DNA of 64,000 nucleotides from Terriglobia bacterium (GTDB lineage Bacteria; Acidobacteriota; Terriglobia; 20CM-2-55-15): NCBI GenBank assembly GCA_963664115.2, contig CAXWPJ010000005.1, positions 224,001 to 288,000 of the forward strand, read 5' to 3'. Shown piece by piece: positions 9,933 to 20,407 of this stretch (position 1 is its first letter; each line of letters starts with the position of its first letter). The notes under the pieces were generated by a model. It saw only the letters and a program-made list of their open reading frames with translations, ran no database searches and was not told where the DNA came from. The position numbers and the translations under genes were made by a program.

Positions 9933-9992
9933 GCCCGAAAGGGCTAATCCGGAGAGTCCGGGTAGGCGCGTTCTGCCCCTACCCTGTTCTCT
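9933..9992. terminator. Hairpins between convergent genes, possible bidirectional terminator
   Basis: GCCC-GAAA-GGGC hairpin followed by a GGGTAGG...CCTACCC stem between the stops at 9923 and 9997. Confidence 0.4.
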
Positions 9993-9996
9993 TTCG

Positions 9997-11412
9997 CTAA
10001 TAACCGGGATCGCTGATCGATTTCGTGTCCAGGATCGGCGCGTACTTCCGAACTACGGAATCGACGTCCGAAGCTTTTCCAACGAGAACGAAAACGAGAT
10101 CGTCTAAAGGAAAATATTGCTGAACGACCCTGCGTACGTCCTCCATCGATACCGCGTCAACCTCGGCGTAGTAGTTGTCGATGTCGGCCGCATCGAGCCC
10201 GTAAAATTCCAGTTGCGCAATGGTTGATGCAAGCCGGTCCGAGGTCTCGATGCGGGTCGGGAACTGCCCCTTGATGTAGGTCTTCACCGACTCGAGTTCG
10301 ATGGGGGGGATGCCCTCTTCGTGAAGCTCCTCCAACACTCGAAGCGCCATGTCGATTGCTTCTTCCGTGGTGTCGTTCCTTGTATACGAGGAAATCAGGA
10401 AGGGCCCCGCTTCCTGGAGCAACTCAAAGCGGGAGCCTGCGCCGTAAGTCAATCCGGACTCCACACGCAAGGCTGTATTAAGACGCGAGGTGAAGCGGCC
10501 GCCGAAGAACGTATTGACGACTCCGATCGGGACACGATCGGGATGCGTACGGTTCACACCCAGATTGCCGATGTAAAAATACGTCTGCGTGGAATCCGGT
10601 TTGTCGACAAGAAGCACACGGGCCTCCGTCACCGGGCGCGGCGCATCGATCGCAACAACGGGCGTCGTACGCCGGGGCCAAGTTGCAAAATGCTCCTCGA
10701 CCAATTCCTGCATTTCGGCCATTGAAAAATCACCGACCGCAGCCAGGATTGTGTTTTCTGGAGTGAAATAGCTTTCGTGGAAGGTCTGAACGTCGTCACG
10801 GGAAATAGATCCAATCGAATCTTCATCGCCGGCCACAGGCCGGCCGTAAGGATGATTTCCGAACAAATATGCCTTGAAATAGGATCCGATGACCCGGTTC
10901 GCACGGTCCTTCACAGACCGCAGCCCGTCCCGATGCTGCGCTATCAGCTTGTCGACCTCTTCGGGCACAAACGTTGGATTGCGGACCATGTCGGCCAGCA
11001 ATTCGATGCCTTTCGTCAGGTCCTTCGTGAGAAACTCCGCGCTTCCCGACGTATAGTCGAGGCCCGCACTGACATTGAACCGCGCCCCGATGAAATCGAG
11101 CTGAGTCGAAATCTGATCAGAAGAGCGCGACAACGTACCCTTCCGCAACAGATCTCCGACAAGCGTGGCCACGCCTTCTTTACCGACTGGATCGGCAACC
11201 GATCCCGTCTTCACGATAAAACTCAAGCTGACAATCGGAAGCTCATGGTGTTCCATCAACAGGAGCGTCATGCCGTTGTCCAGTTCCACGGTGTTGTAGG
11301 GCGGAAGCGCCAGGGTATCCGGACTTTGGGCGTAGACGATTGCACCGACGTTCAGAACCTTCAGGGCCAGGAACATGGCAACGGTCGGGAATGCGAGTCG
11401 CGCGGACCTCAT
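9997..11412 (-). CDS. M16B peptidase, non-catalytic subunit
   Basis: LDNGMTLLL, HPYGRP, SRLNTALRVESGLTYG; lacks the HxxEH motif. Confidence 0.88.
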   Translation of the reverse strand: MRSARLAFPTVAMFLALKVLNVGAIVYAQSPDTLALPPYNTVELDNGMTLLLMEHHELPIVSLSFIVKTGSVADPVGKEGVATLVGDLLRKGTLSRSSDQISTQLDFIGARFNVSAGLDYTSGSAEFLTKDLTKGIELLADMVRNPTFVPEEVDKLIAQHRDGLRSVKDRANRVIGSYFKAYLFGNHPYGRPVAGDEDSIGSISRDDVQTFHESYFTPENTILAAVGDFSMAEMQELVEEHFATWPRRTTPVVAIDAPRPVTEARVLLVDKPDSTQTYFYIGNLGVNRTHPDRVPIGVVNTFFGGRFTSRLNTALRVESGLTYGAGSRFELLQEAGPFLISSYTRNDTTEEAIDMALRVLEELHEEGIPPIELESVKTYIKGQFPTRIETSDRLASTIAQLEFYGLDAADIDNYYAEVDAVSMEDVRRVVQQYFPLDDLVFVLVGKASDVDSVVRKYAPILDTKSISDPGY

Positions 11413-12779
11413 TCTTCGGCCTCCGGAATCAATGTGGCCACGGTCCGATTGGCCTGGGTGAAATACTCGCGTGCGACACGTCTGAGGTCCTCTGCGCTCA
11501 CCCCGGAGTAATCCTCAGGAGTTCGAAACAAGCGGCGGTAGTCCCCGAAAAACACATCGTAGTTGCCCAGGGCGTTGGCCTTGCCGTTGAGGGTTTTCAA
11601 GCCACGGTAGAAGCTCGCCAGGCGTATGTTTCTGGCCTTTTCAAGCTCTTCGTCCGCCACGAGAACGTCCTTCAAACGATTCAACTCTTCATAGATCGCA
11701 CTTTCCACGGCCTCAGGCGAGACACCTTCTCTGGGCATCGCTTCGATTCGAAACAACGTTGGATCGAGTGCAAGGCCGTATGAAGCGTCGACTGAGAGTG
11801 CCAGTTGATCCGCATCCACGATCCGCCGATACATCCGCGAGCTCTCGCCATCGAAGAGAATCGTCTCGAGCATCTGGAGCGGATAGTAGTCCGCGTGTCT
11901 CGATTCGGGCACGTGGAATCCCATCATTAGCAACGGCAGTCGTGCCGGCTTGGTCACAACGACACGGCGCTCTCCCCTCTGCTCGGGTTCACGCGTGGTC
12001 ACAGGTGGCGGCAAGCCCCGCGAGGATATGGATCCGACACTATTTTCGGCCAGTTCGATGAACCGAGCTGCATCGACGTCCCCCACCACCACCATCGTCG
12101 CGTTCGCCGGGGAATAACCGATCTCGAAATGCTTCGCCAGATCTTCCATCGTCCAGTTTTCTATGTCGACCATCCAACCGACAACGGGCCACTGGTAGGG
12201 ATGCGCTGTAAAGGCTGCCGCCATGAGTTGTTCCCTCAGGATTGATCTATTGTTCGCCTCCACGGACGTCCGGCGCTCAGAGGCCACGACACCCCGTTCG
12301 GATGCAACCATCCGCTCGTTAATACTCAGGTTCTGTATACGGTCCACTTCCAATCGGAAGACGGTTTCGAGCGCGGAAGGCGGAAACCTGTCCTGGTACA
12401 CCGTGACATCCCGTGAGGTGTACGCATTATTCGAACCACCGGCTGCCTCCATGATTTCGTCGAACATGCCGGGACCGAAATTTTCAGAGCCATTGAACAT
12501 CATGTGTTCGAAAAAGTGTGACAGGCCTGTGGTTCCCGGCCGCTCGTTACGGGACCCAATCGTGTAGAAAATATAGAGGGCGACGCTGGGGATGGAATGA
12601 TCTTCCTGGACAATGATCCTCATCCCATTGTCCAAACGGTGAGTCTCAACACCGAAGTCGGGGTTCGTTTGAGCCCCGGCCATGGAGACGCACCCCAGGC
12701 TCAGGACCCCACAGAGCCCAACTCTGAAAATTGCTGTCGGCTTCAAAACGGAAAACCTCGAGAATGAGTTGCTAACCAC
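11409..12779 (-). CDS. M16B zinc peptidase, catalytic subunit
   Basis: GSRNE..GTTGLSHFFEHMMF (HxxEH) and NAYTS. Start placed at GTG 12779, which overlaps the upstream stop and precedes a signal peptide; the ORF-track extension to 13109 overlaps the neighbouring gene. Confidence 0.88.
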   Translation of the reverse strand: MVSNSFSRFSVLKPTAIFRVGLCGVLSLGCVSMAGAQTNPDFGVETHRLDNGMRIIVQEDHSIPSVALYIFYTIGSRNERPGTTGLSHFFEHMMFNGSENFGPGMFDEIMEAAGGSNNAYTSRDVTVYQDRFPPSALETVFRLEVDRIQNLSINERMVASERGVVASERRTSVEANNRSILREQLMAAAFTAHPYQWPVVGWMVDIENWTMEDLAKHFEIGYSPANATMVVVGDVDAARFIELAENSVGSISSRGLPPPVTTREPEQRGERRVVVTKPARLPLLMMGFHVPESRHADYYPLQMLETILFDGESSRMYRRIVDADQLALSVDASYGLALDPTLFRIEAMPREGVSPEAVESAIYEELNRLKDVLVADEELEKARNIRLASFYRGLKTLNGKANALGNYDVFFGDYRRLFRTPEDYSGVSAEDLRRVAREYFTQANRTVATLIPEAEE

Positions 12780-14115
12780 CCAACGATCGTGCGAAATCGG
12801 CTTTGGTCTCCTGAAGGATCTCAAGGATCGCCCTGCGGTCGGCCTGAGACAGGTGAGTAAAGGCCTCACTTTCGTCCTCACCCTGGAGCACCGCCGCAAG
12901 CCGCTGGTACACATACTCTTTGACCATGACGGGCAGACCGTCGAAAGCGTCGGAGTAGATGACGTAGCTGAGAGGATATCGGAACATACGGTCGTTGAGA
13001 TCCAGCTGACGTAAAGAACGTCCTTTGCTGTCGGGGGGTCCCCGGTTGGAGAACTGCTCGGCAAACCCCGAGGTTCCAGCGATAGATCCGTCCAAAGGTG
13101 CTTCCGCAACCATTAACAATGCACCGACGAGCGGTTCCGTCCAATCCTGAACAAGCGCCCGGGTCTCGGCAGAAATAAAATCTCGCTCCCGTCCCAATTG
13201 AGCGTTTCGTTCGTCTTCGTTACCAAGCGCTTTTCGAGTTTCGAAATTCACACGGACGATCACGCTCTGCACGCTGGCCTGATGTTCGAGCACCAACAGA
13301 GCGACGATGTCGCTGCCTTCGCCCAGGTACGGCCCGGTGTCAAGCCATTCACCGAGGTCGGACACGTTGGCACCCCGTTCCAGATCGAATTCCGCCGGGT
13401 CGGCGGCGTTGTTCACGATGATGTTGCCCATGTGACGCTGGGCGCCATGCGTCCCGGTAACGTACCACCCGCCCCAGCGCTCTTCGATCGGACTTTGATA
13501 GGTCGTCAGATGCCAACCCTCGTGGGAAGCGAATCCTCCGTACTGATCCGTAAAACCGGAGCCCACCAGATGACGGGGGACACCACCCCCTGAGAGGGAA
13601 TAGGTGTCATGGCAGCGCAGGCACAGAGCGGTCTGGCGTTGGAACCGAGGCGTGGTGTCCCCGGCCTGATCTAATGTATAGAAAACGATACCGAGATCAG
13701 GATCCATCGCAGAAATTTCCATCACGTCCCCGTTCTGCAACCATCCGACATAGACGCTATCGTTGAAGTAGAGCGCACGCGGTGTTTCCGGAGCGATACG
13801 ATCGACTTGAAAACTGGTCTTTGAAAATACAAGCATCTGGGAGGAGACATCGATGTCCAGTTGGTCCAGCAGTGAGACCAGATAACCGTTCTCCGCGTCA
13901 AAGGTAAGCTTCGCCTCTCCGGCATCGATTTCCCGTTGAAGCCGAGCGATGGCATTGGACGGCTGTCGCGTCGCATATTCGATGACCGGATATTCGCTTT
14001 CGTAGGGCAGCTGCCCCAGAGCCCCTCCGACAACGGGGACAAAGACGACCAGTACGACGAACCCGAAAACGAATTTTCGAGCCGTCCGATCCTTCCTGTG
14101 CGAAAGTTCCTTCAT
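12772..14115 (-). CDS. Exported conserved hypothetical protein with one CxxCH heme-c motif
   Basis: N-terminal TM/signal segment; SSQMLVFSKTSFQ, PRALYFND, CLRCH, ERWGGWYVTG. Confidence 0.7.
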   Translation of the reverse strand: MKELSHRKDRTARKFVFGFVVLVVFVPVVGGALGQLPYESEYPVIEYATRQPSNAIARLQREIDAGEAKLTFDAENGYLVSLLDQLDIDVSSQMLVFSKTSFQVDRIAPETPRALYFNDSVYVGWLQNGDVMEISAMDPDLGIVFYTLDQAGDTTPRFQRQTALCLRCHDTYSLSGGGVPRHLVGSGFTDQYGGFASHEGWHLTTYQSPIEERWGGWYVTGTHGAQRHMGNIIVNNAADPAEFDLERGANVSDLGEWLDTGPYLGEGSDIVALLVLEHQASVQSVIVRVNFETRKALGNEDERNAQLGRERDFISAETRALVQDWTEPLVGALLMVAEAPLDGSIAGTSGFAEQFSNRGPPDSKGRSLRQLDLNDRMFRYPLSYVIYSDAFDGLPVMVKEYVYQRLAAVLQGEDESEAFTHLSQADRRAILEILQETKADFARSLGG

Positions 14116-14123
14116 ATCTTTGA

Positions 14124-14203
14124 AAAATGGGGTCAGAGCCCTATATTCCCTATTTAAAATTCCGAGTCTATTAATTCGGTAAATAGGGCTCTGACCCCAT
14201 TTT
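14124..14203. repeat. Perfect 21-bp inverted repeat (REP-like) with AT-rich loop
   Basis: AAAATGGGGTCAGAGCCCTAT (14124-14144) / ATAGGGCTCTGACCCCATTTT (14183-14203). Confidence 0.85.
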
Positions 14204-14204
14204 A

Positions 14205-14633
14205 CTAGTGGGGATCAGTGACCTGGCGGCGGTCCCGGAAGGGACGGGGCCAGGTGACAGAATCGACCCGGCCCATCATCTGCTGCACCTGGTCTAAATC
14301 GAAGGGTTTGGCCAGAAACAAATCTTCCTGCCGGACCCTGTTCAGAGCGGCGGGATCCCCCGACATCAGGACGAACTTCAGAGTCGGTGCCTCACGGAAC
14401 CCGCATCGCGCAAGCTGAGCACCGCTCATTTCATCCATGTGATAGTCGCTAATGAGGACATCGATAGCCTTCGTCGTGTCCCCCAGGATTGTCATCGCTT
14501 CCATCGGGTCTTCGGATCCGATCACGGAATACCCCATGCCAGAAAGCATCTCTGAGAGCAGCCAAACGATCGCCGCATCGTCGTCGACGACCAGTACCGT
14601 CGACATTGACAATGTCACTGTGAAGTTCTCCAT
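14205..14633 (-). CDS. Single-domain response regulator (receiver)
   Basis: VLVVDDD, DVLISDYHM, MSG, FLAKPF. Confidence 0.88.
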   Translation of the reverse strand: MENFTVTLSMSTVLVVDDDAAIVWLLSEMLSGMGYSVIGSEDPMEAMTILGDTTKAIDVLISDYHMDEMSGAQLARCGFREAPTLKFVLMSGDPAALNRVRQEDLFLAKPFDLDQVQQMMGRVDSVTWPRPFRDRRQVTDPH

Positions 14634-14813
14634 TCAGGTTCTTGTTAAAGCGTTCCCCAACGGACTAACAAGACGTGAGAGCCCACGCATTTCTACCACA
14701 TTTTGGAAGGAAACTTCGACGCTTTTTACCGGTCCGGGCTCTGACGGTGATCGTGAGCGAAGCCGTAATGGATAAAGTCACATGAATCGAAAGTTTGGTA
14801 GAATTCGTGGACC

Positions 14814-15944
14814 ATGACTCTCAGCAATTCGAGGCCGGCGCTCATCCCCCTCCGCACAATCACGACACTCGCCCTCTGGGTCCTTCTGGCTATGCCCGCA
14901 TCAGCGGGGCCGACACAGCCGGGTCAAACGACGGCTGCAATATCGTTTGACGAGGTTCTTGATGCAGCCGCCAGCCTACCCCGCTTGCACAGTCTCCTGA
15001 TCAACTGGAATGGAGAGTTGCTCGTCGAACAGTATTTCAACAGCACGCGACCTACAAACCTCACGAACATCAAGTCCGCATCGAAGAGCGTGGTGTCTGC
15101 TTTGGTCGGCATCGCTCTCGACCGGGGAATCATCAAAGACGTGACACAGCCTATCGGCGGTTACTTCCCGGATTTACTCGCCGGCGAAGACAACCGACGA
15201 AAGCGCGCGATCACGATCGAAGATCTCCTGACCATGCGGTCCGGACTGGAAACGACGAGCAACCGCAACTACGGAGCCTGGGTCCTGAGCTCGAACTGGG
15301 TACGATTCGCGCTCAACCAGACGCTCATCCGCACACCGGGCACGCGGATGGACTACAGCACCGGCAATACGCATCTGCTGTCTGCGATCCTGACACGGTT
15401 GACAGGCACGAGTACCTGGCAGTTCGCACGCGACTTTCTCGCAAAACCCATGGGTTTTTCCCTGGCCCAGTGGCCACGCGACCCCCAGGGTATTTATTTT
15501 GGCGGCAATGATATGACGATGACGCCGAAGCAGCTGATGACTTTCGGACGGATGTATCTGAACGGAGGCCGGGCTAACGGCCGTCAGGTGGTGTCCGAGC
15601 AATGGGTGGAGGCTTCCTTCGTCGCGCGCACGCCGTCTCCGCGCGAGAGAGGCCGGTTCTACGGCTATGGCTGGTGGATTCGTCAGATGGCAGGTCACGC
15701 AACCTTCTACGCCTGGGGTTATGGTGGACAGTTTGTTTTTCTCGTGCCGGATCTGGACCTGGTTGTCGTCACGACCTCGTCCAGCAATCCGGGGGAAGGC
15801 CGGGGCCGCCACCTCCGGGACATTTACAGAATCGTAGAGGATCATATTGTCCGCCGGATCATCTCGCACGATACTGATCGAGCGGGGGTTCAAGAAGGTG
15901 ATCCCGTCGGCCCTCACGCGGCGGTCGAGACCGCTCTCCGCTAG
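14814..15944 (+). CDS. Serine hydrolase, beta-lactamase/AmpC-like family
   Basis: Signal peptide; SASK (SxxK), LLTMRSGL, YSTGNT, YGYGWW, AWGYGGQ. Confidence 0.88.
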   Translation: MTLSNSRPALIPLRTITTLALWVLLAMPASAGPTQPGQTTAAISFDEVLDAAASLPRLHSLLINWNGELLVEQYFNSTRPTNLTNIKSASKSVVSALVGIALDRGIIKDVTQPIGGYFPDLLAGEDNRRKRAITIEDLLTMRSGLETTSNRNYGAWVLSSNWVRFALNQTLIRTPGTRMDYSTGNTHLLSAILTRLTGTSTWQFARDFLAKPMGFSLAQWPRDPQGIYFGGNDMTMTPKQLMTFGRMYLNGGRANGRQVVSEQWVEASFVARTPSPRERGRFYGYGWWIRQMAGHATFYAWGYGGQFVFLVPDLDLVVVTTSSSNPGEGRGRHLRDIYRIVEDHIVRRIISHDTDRAGVQEGDPVGPHAAVETALR

Positions 15945-16051
15945 ACGACGCGTTCACGAAATTCTGTTTCAAGGTTCAGACGGGTCGGCTCTGCCCAGCC
16001 TTGACGTCACCGCAGACCGGCACTATTCTCGGTTCGGTCGAACGCAATTCA

Positions 16052-18298
16052 ATGTCATCGAAACACTCCAGCACCGATCAGGACCGTGTCCGCACGCTTG
16101 AACAACAGTTAGCGCGCAAGGATCTGCGGATTGCCGAACAGGAAGGAGTGCTCGACGGCATTCTCCGCTCTCGCTCTTGGAGATGGACCCAATCACTGCG
16201 TTCGATCGCGTCCCGAATCCGCCATCTTGCCCGAGGCGAGGGTGGAGGGCCGCCCAACCGGATCTCGAAGATCAATGCCCCAGCGTCAAAGTCAGCCGGT
16301 GGCGGCGTGGACTTCAAGAAGGGATTCGCGCAGTCCTCGAACATCGTTCTGGAGGAGTTTCTGGCCTCAGGGTCAAGGTTAGTCATCCCGACGACCGAAG
16401 AACCGCGTGTCTCCGTCATCCTGGTCGTCTGCAATCGAGCGGAATTAACGCTTCCCTGCCTTCGTTCTCTGGCCGAACGAGCCCAAATCGGATTTGAACT
16501 CATCGTCATCGATAACGGGTCGACGGATCGAACCACTGCACTGTTTGACAGAGTCGATGGCGCTCGATTCTATCGGAACGACGAGAACCTCTATTTCATA
16601 CATGCAGTCAATCAAGGCGCCGCCCGGGCCCGCGGGTCCCATCTATTGCTTTTGAACAACGACGCAATCTTATTACCGGGAGCGATCGACACCTTGGCGG
16701 CCACGATTGAAAGTTCGCCTGACATCGGAGCCGTCGGAGGAAAGATCGTCTTCCTGGACGGAAAACTTCAGGAAGCGGGGAGCATCATTTGGAACAACGG
16801 TGCCTGCTTCGGCTACGGCCGGGGAGACGATCCTCTGGCCCCTCCGTATATGTTCCGGAGAGACGTCGACTACTGTTCCGGTGCGTTGTTACTCATGCGA
16901 AAAGATCTCTTCGACAAACTTGAAGGCTTCGACGACGTATTCAGCCCGGCGTATTACGAAGAAACAGACTACTGCGTGCGACTTTGGGATGCAGGCTATC
17001 GCGTGGTCTTCGAACCGGGCGCCTCGATTCTTCATTACGAATTCGCATCGCGCAGTCCGGACGAAGCATCCCAACTTCAGACGCAGCATCGCCAATTATT
17101 TGTCGAGAGGAATCAGGCTCGGGTTGACACATTCCGTTCCGAAAGTGACGCGAACGTTCTGTATGCGAGAACCGCAGGAAAGCCCAAGCAACGGATCTTG
17201 GTAATCGACGATCGCGTACCCCACCCCTACCTTGGATCCGGATTTCCCCGGGCACACCGAATGCTCACGCGCCTCGTTGAATGGAGTCATTTCGTGACGA
17301 TGTATCCGACCGCGGTCATCGATGAGGATTGGGATCAGGCTTACCGAGATGTGCCTCGTGAAGTGGAGATCATGCTGCACAGTGGTGAAGGGGGCCTTCA
17401 AGGGTTTCTGGAGGGACGTCGTAATTTCTACGACGTCATCCTTGTGAGCCGTCCCCACAACATGGAAAAACTGGCATTGCATCTGGAACAACACCCGGAG
17501 TGGTTTTCCAAAACACGGCTTGTCTATGATGCAGAGGCTATCTTTGCCGCACGTGAAGTGCGAAAACACGAAATCCCGGGAAACTCCGAAGAAGTCCGGA
17601 AACACCAGGAGCTGGTCGTTAAGGAAATCAAACTGGCACAGTCAGCGCAAACTGTCGTTTCTGTATCGGAAGCCGAGGCACGCGCCTTTCGCGGCGATGG
17701 GGTTCGGCATGTCCATGTTCTGGGTCACGCACTCGACGTCGACCCCACACCGGAACGGTTTAGCGAAAGGTCCGGCATTCTGTTTGTCGGCGCCGTTCAC
17801 ACGGATGCGAGCCCGAATGGGGATGCGGTGATCTGGCTCGGTGAAGAAATTCTACCCAAAATCCGCCTCGTCTTGGAAGACGTGTCGCTCACAGTCGTCG
17901 GCATCAATGAATCCGATCGCATTTGGTCCATGGCGTCCGACGCATTTCAAATCATGGGTCCCCGCAAGGAACTTCGTTCTCTATACGCGGACAAGCGGAT
18001 ATTCATTGCGCCGACGCGTTTTTCAGCCGGTGTCCCGCATAAAATACATGAAGCCGCGGCCCACGGAATTCCCGTCGTCGCAACTCCGTTGCTTGCCCAG
18101 CAACTGGGTTGGACCGATGGCGAGGAATTACTGGTCGGCGACACGGCCGAGCACCTCGCCGAACGCTCAATCGAGTTGTACACGAACCCGGCTCTCTGGG
18201 AAAAAATACGAGGCCAGGCCCTGGAACGTGTTGTCCGGGATTGTTCTCCCGATCAGTTTGATCGAACTCTCCGTGAAGTGATCGGGGGCGGATCGTAG
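16052..18298 (+). CDS. Bifunctional glycosyltransferase (GT2 + GT4)
   Basis: Coiled-coil N-terminus with SRSWRWT; GT2 motifs IDNGSTD, LLLNND, YYEETD; C-terminal GT4 motif GVPHKIHEAAAHGIPVV. Alternative start at 16001. Confidence 0.88.
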   Translation: MSSKHSSTDQDRVRTLEQQLARKDLRIAEQEGVLDGILRSRSWRWTQSLRSIASRIRHLARGEGGGPPNRISKINAPASKSAGGGVDFKKGFAQSSNIVLEEFLASGSRLVIPTTEEPRVSVILVVCNRAELTLPCLRSLAERAQIGFELIVIDNGSTDRTTALFDRVDGARFYRNDENLYFIHAVNQGAARARGSHLLLLNNDAILLPGAIDTLAATIESSPDIGAVGGKIVFLDGKLQEAGSIIWNNGACFGYGRGDDPLAPPYMFRRDVDYCSGALLLMRKDLFDKLEGFDDVFSPAYYEETDYCVRLWDAGYRVVFEPGASILHYEFASRSPDEASQLQTQHRQLFVERNQARVDTFRSESDANVLYARTAGKPKQRILVIDDRVPHPYLGSGFPRAHRMLTRLVEWSHFVTMYPTAVIDEDWDQAYRDVPREVEIMLHSGEGGLQGFLEGRRNFYDVILVSRPHNMEKLALHLEQHPEWFSKTRLVYDAEAIFAAREVRKHEIPGNSEEVRKHQELVVKEIKLAQSAQTVVSVSEAEARAFRGDGVRHVHVLGHALDVDPTPERFSERSGILFVGAVHTDASPNGDAVIWLGEEILPKIRLVLEDVSLTVVGINESDRIWSMASDAFQIMGPRKELRSLYADKRIFIAPTRFSAGVPHKIHEAAAHGIPVVATPLLAQQLGWTDGEELLVGDTAEHLAERSIELYTNPALWEKIRGQALERVVRDCSPDQFDRTLREVIGGGS

Positions 18299-18303
18299 CT
18301 AGA

Positions 18304-20150
18304 CCCAAAACAAGCGCATAACCAGTCCGCCGAGGCCCAGTTCGCGCCGATAGAATTCGAGGCATAGAATCCCGTTCCCGGATGGCCTGTTCCAGGTATC
18401 GAGTTTCTGTTGAATCTGTTTCAGTTCAGCCTCGCTGGTGTTGGACGGTTGACAGAAACCGGGACCTCGATCGCCCGGGCTCAGAGTCATGATCGGGTCA
18501 ACATCGCAGAGGCTGACGCAACACATCCACCCCGCGGAACAAGACCGGCAACCACCGGTTCCAGGCCAGGATCCGGAACAGAATGCGCCGCCCGGTGCGC
18601 ACGAGTTGGCACGGCACAAGCATGAAAGCGTTCAAGAAGGTTTTGAACTCCATGCGCAGCACGGTTTGCTTCTCAGCCTGATATTTTTGGCCCCAACGTC
18701 CGGTTTCGGGAAGCAGCAATGCAAACCACGCTTTCAGTGTCCAGGCCAGTGACGCGATCACCATGTAGGCCCAGTTGCTGGTCTGATCTCCGACCGGCAT
18801 CCGCAACGCCTGAACGCCGTTCTTCAACTGCTCAATGAGATTCTCCTGATTGCACCGTTGATTGGCACGCATCACAATCTGGTCGGCCGGATCCGAACGG
18901 TTGGTAATGTAGAAGAAGTACCGGATGTCGTCAAACAACACCTGCTCTCCTTTGGCCACCGACAGATTCTTCCGCACCACGACGACACGGTAGTCCCGAT
19001 CGCAGGCTCCGGGTCGATACCGAAACTCGGCCACATCCTCACCCTGCAAGCGGATATTGTCGAAACCGCGCTGCCGAACGATCTCTTCCTTCACGTTGTC
19101 GGGACGTTGGCGCGGTTCGGTCGCCACGTCGTATTTCGCGGGCCGTTCCAGGCGCTTCCACTGGCGCGGCTCCAGTTCATCGGCCCGGGCCTTCAGGTTC
19201 GCCATCGCGTCAATCCCGAATATGAAACCCACCTGCTGGTCGTCCCATCCGTCCAGATGCCGGGTCTGGCTGAAGTCCGTGTCCCCGCGCAGCAGGATCT
19301 GGCGAAACCCCGCATGCCGGCACAATGCGATGGCTTGGTCGAACCGGACCGCGGCTCCTTCATGCGACGGCCGGTTGCCGCTACGATTGACCAGATACAG
19401 CGGTTCGGCGGTGTTGGCCAGCGAGATCATCAGCGGGTGATATCCCCACGTCCCGTCGTAGGCCACGTCCATCCCTTGCTTGCATTCCCCCGTGGTTTCG
19501 GCCAGTGTCCCGTCCGCGTCCAACACCGCTTCTTCGAAAAACGCCGCCGGTTGCTGTCGCCAGACTCCGAGCCGGACTTGATTGGTTGCCTCCATCAGAC
19601 ACTCCACGTCGTCGGCCTCGAATCTCCGGCAGAAGTCTCCCGCCGTCGTCGGATCCGGAATCCGTTGCGCTCCCAGCGCATCCAGATACACCGCATCGTT
19701 GCGCCGCAGTTCGATGTCTTCCAGGCACGTTCCTCCGCTCAAGGCGTTGTAGGCGATGTTCAGCACGTGATCCGACTCGTGATACGGCAGGTGCCGCTTC
19801 AACACATGCACGCCCTTGTCGATGGCTTCGATCAGCCCGGTCCGCCGCGCCACCAGTTGCATCGTCCCGATACCACCAACCGATGTGCCCCGCGTCCGCT
19901 CTCCCATCTCGTACTGAATGTTGCTCGCCGAAAACATCGGCTCTACCTGATCCGTCCAATGCCGGTCCCCAAGCCGACGTTCGATTCGCCGCTTGCGGTT
20001 CCTCATGTTCTTGCGCGTATAATCGTTCATCTGAAATGCCTCCTTTTCCGAAGAATCTGTTCAAGGTTTTTTTCGCACGGAGAGGGGGCATTTCGGGTAC
20101 TTCCGCTCTTATTGCACTATCATTTCCTCGTCAATCACGCTTGTTCAGGG
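18304..20150 (-). mobile_element. IS1380-family insertion sequence, copy 1 (1847 bp)
   Basis: IRs CCCAAAACAAGCG / CGCTTGTTCAGGG; 6-bp target duplication GCTAGA (18298-18303, 20151-20156). Confidence 0.93.
18498..20030 (-). CDS. IS1380-family transposase
   Basis: RIPDPTTAGDFCRRF, LDADGT, YHPL, LRGDTDF, RCNQENLIEQLK. Confidence 0.92.
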   Translation of the reverse strand: MNDYTRKNMRNRKRRIERRLGDRHWTDQVEPMFSASNIQYEMGERTRGTSVGGIGTMQLVARRTGLIEAIDKGVHVLKRHLPYHESDHVLNIAYNALSGGTCLEDIELRRNDAVYLDALGAQRIPDPTTAGDFCRRFEADDVECLMEATNQVRLGVWRQQPAAFFEEAVLDADGTLAETTGECKQGMDVAYDGTWGYHPLMISLANTAEPLYLVNRSGNRPSHEGAAVRFDQAIALCRHAGFRQILLRGDTDFSQTRHLDGWDDQQVGFIFGIDAMANLKARADELEPRQWKRLERPAKYDVATEPRQRPDNVKEEIVRQRGFDNIRLQGEDVAEFRYRPGACDRDYRVVVVRKNLSVAKGEQVLFDDIRYFFYITNRSDPADQIVMRANQRCNQENLIEQLKNGVQALRMPVGDQTSNWAYMVIASLAWTLKAWFALLLPETGRWGQKYQAEKQTVLRMEFKTFLNAFMLVPCQLVRTGRRILFRILAWNRWLPVLFRGVDVLRQPLRC

Positions 20151-20195
20151 GCTAGAGTTGGGAGTTCGCCACATAGGATGTCGTCGGAACTCGGA

Positions 20196-20407
20196 GATAA
20201 TATTCTTACTCTGAACGCCTCGGCTACCGCCTCGTTGTTCACCCGCACCGTCGGACCGGTGCGGGTTTGATTAAAGAACTGCATCAACAATTCTTAATCC
20301 CCAATACGCCTCTCCATCAGGATGATGGAGAGGGTCGCCGGTCGTTCGGCCCAACGCGCTCGGCGCGACAGAGATGGCCGGCCGTTTGAACGACCGAGCG
20401 AAATCTT
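20196..20407. ncRNA. Unassigned structured repeat / candidate ncRNA, copy A
   Basis: Homologous to 32453-32663; several hairpins with compensatory substitutions between the copies; strand undetermined. Confidence 0.55.

Noticed and set aside
12780-13109. N-terminal extensions in the ORF track (M16 to 13109; deacetylase to 35445; korA from 57914)
   Set aside because: They overlap neighbouring genes or lack an RBS; better starts with an RBS or signal peptide lie downstream.
18858-20270. Long antisense ORFs over transposases (also 2906-3958, 5625-6677, 41782-43134, 61914-62840)
   Set aside because: They mirror recognised transposases on the opposite strand, have no motifs, and are expected in GC-rich DNA.
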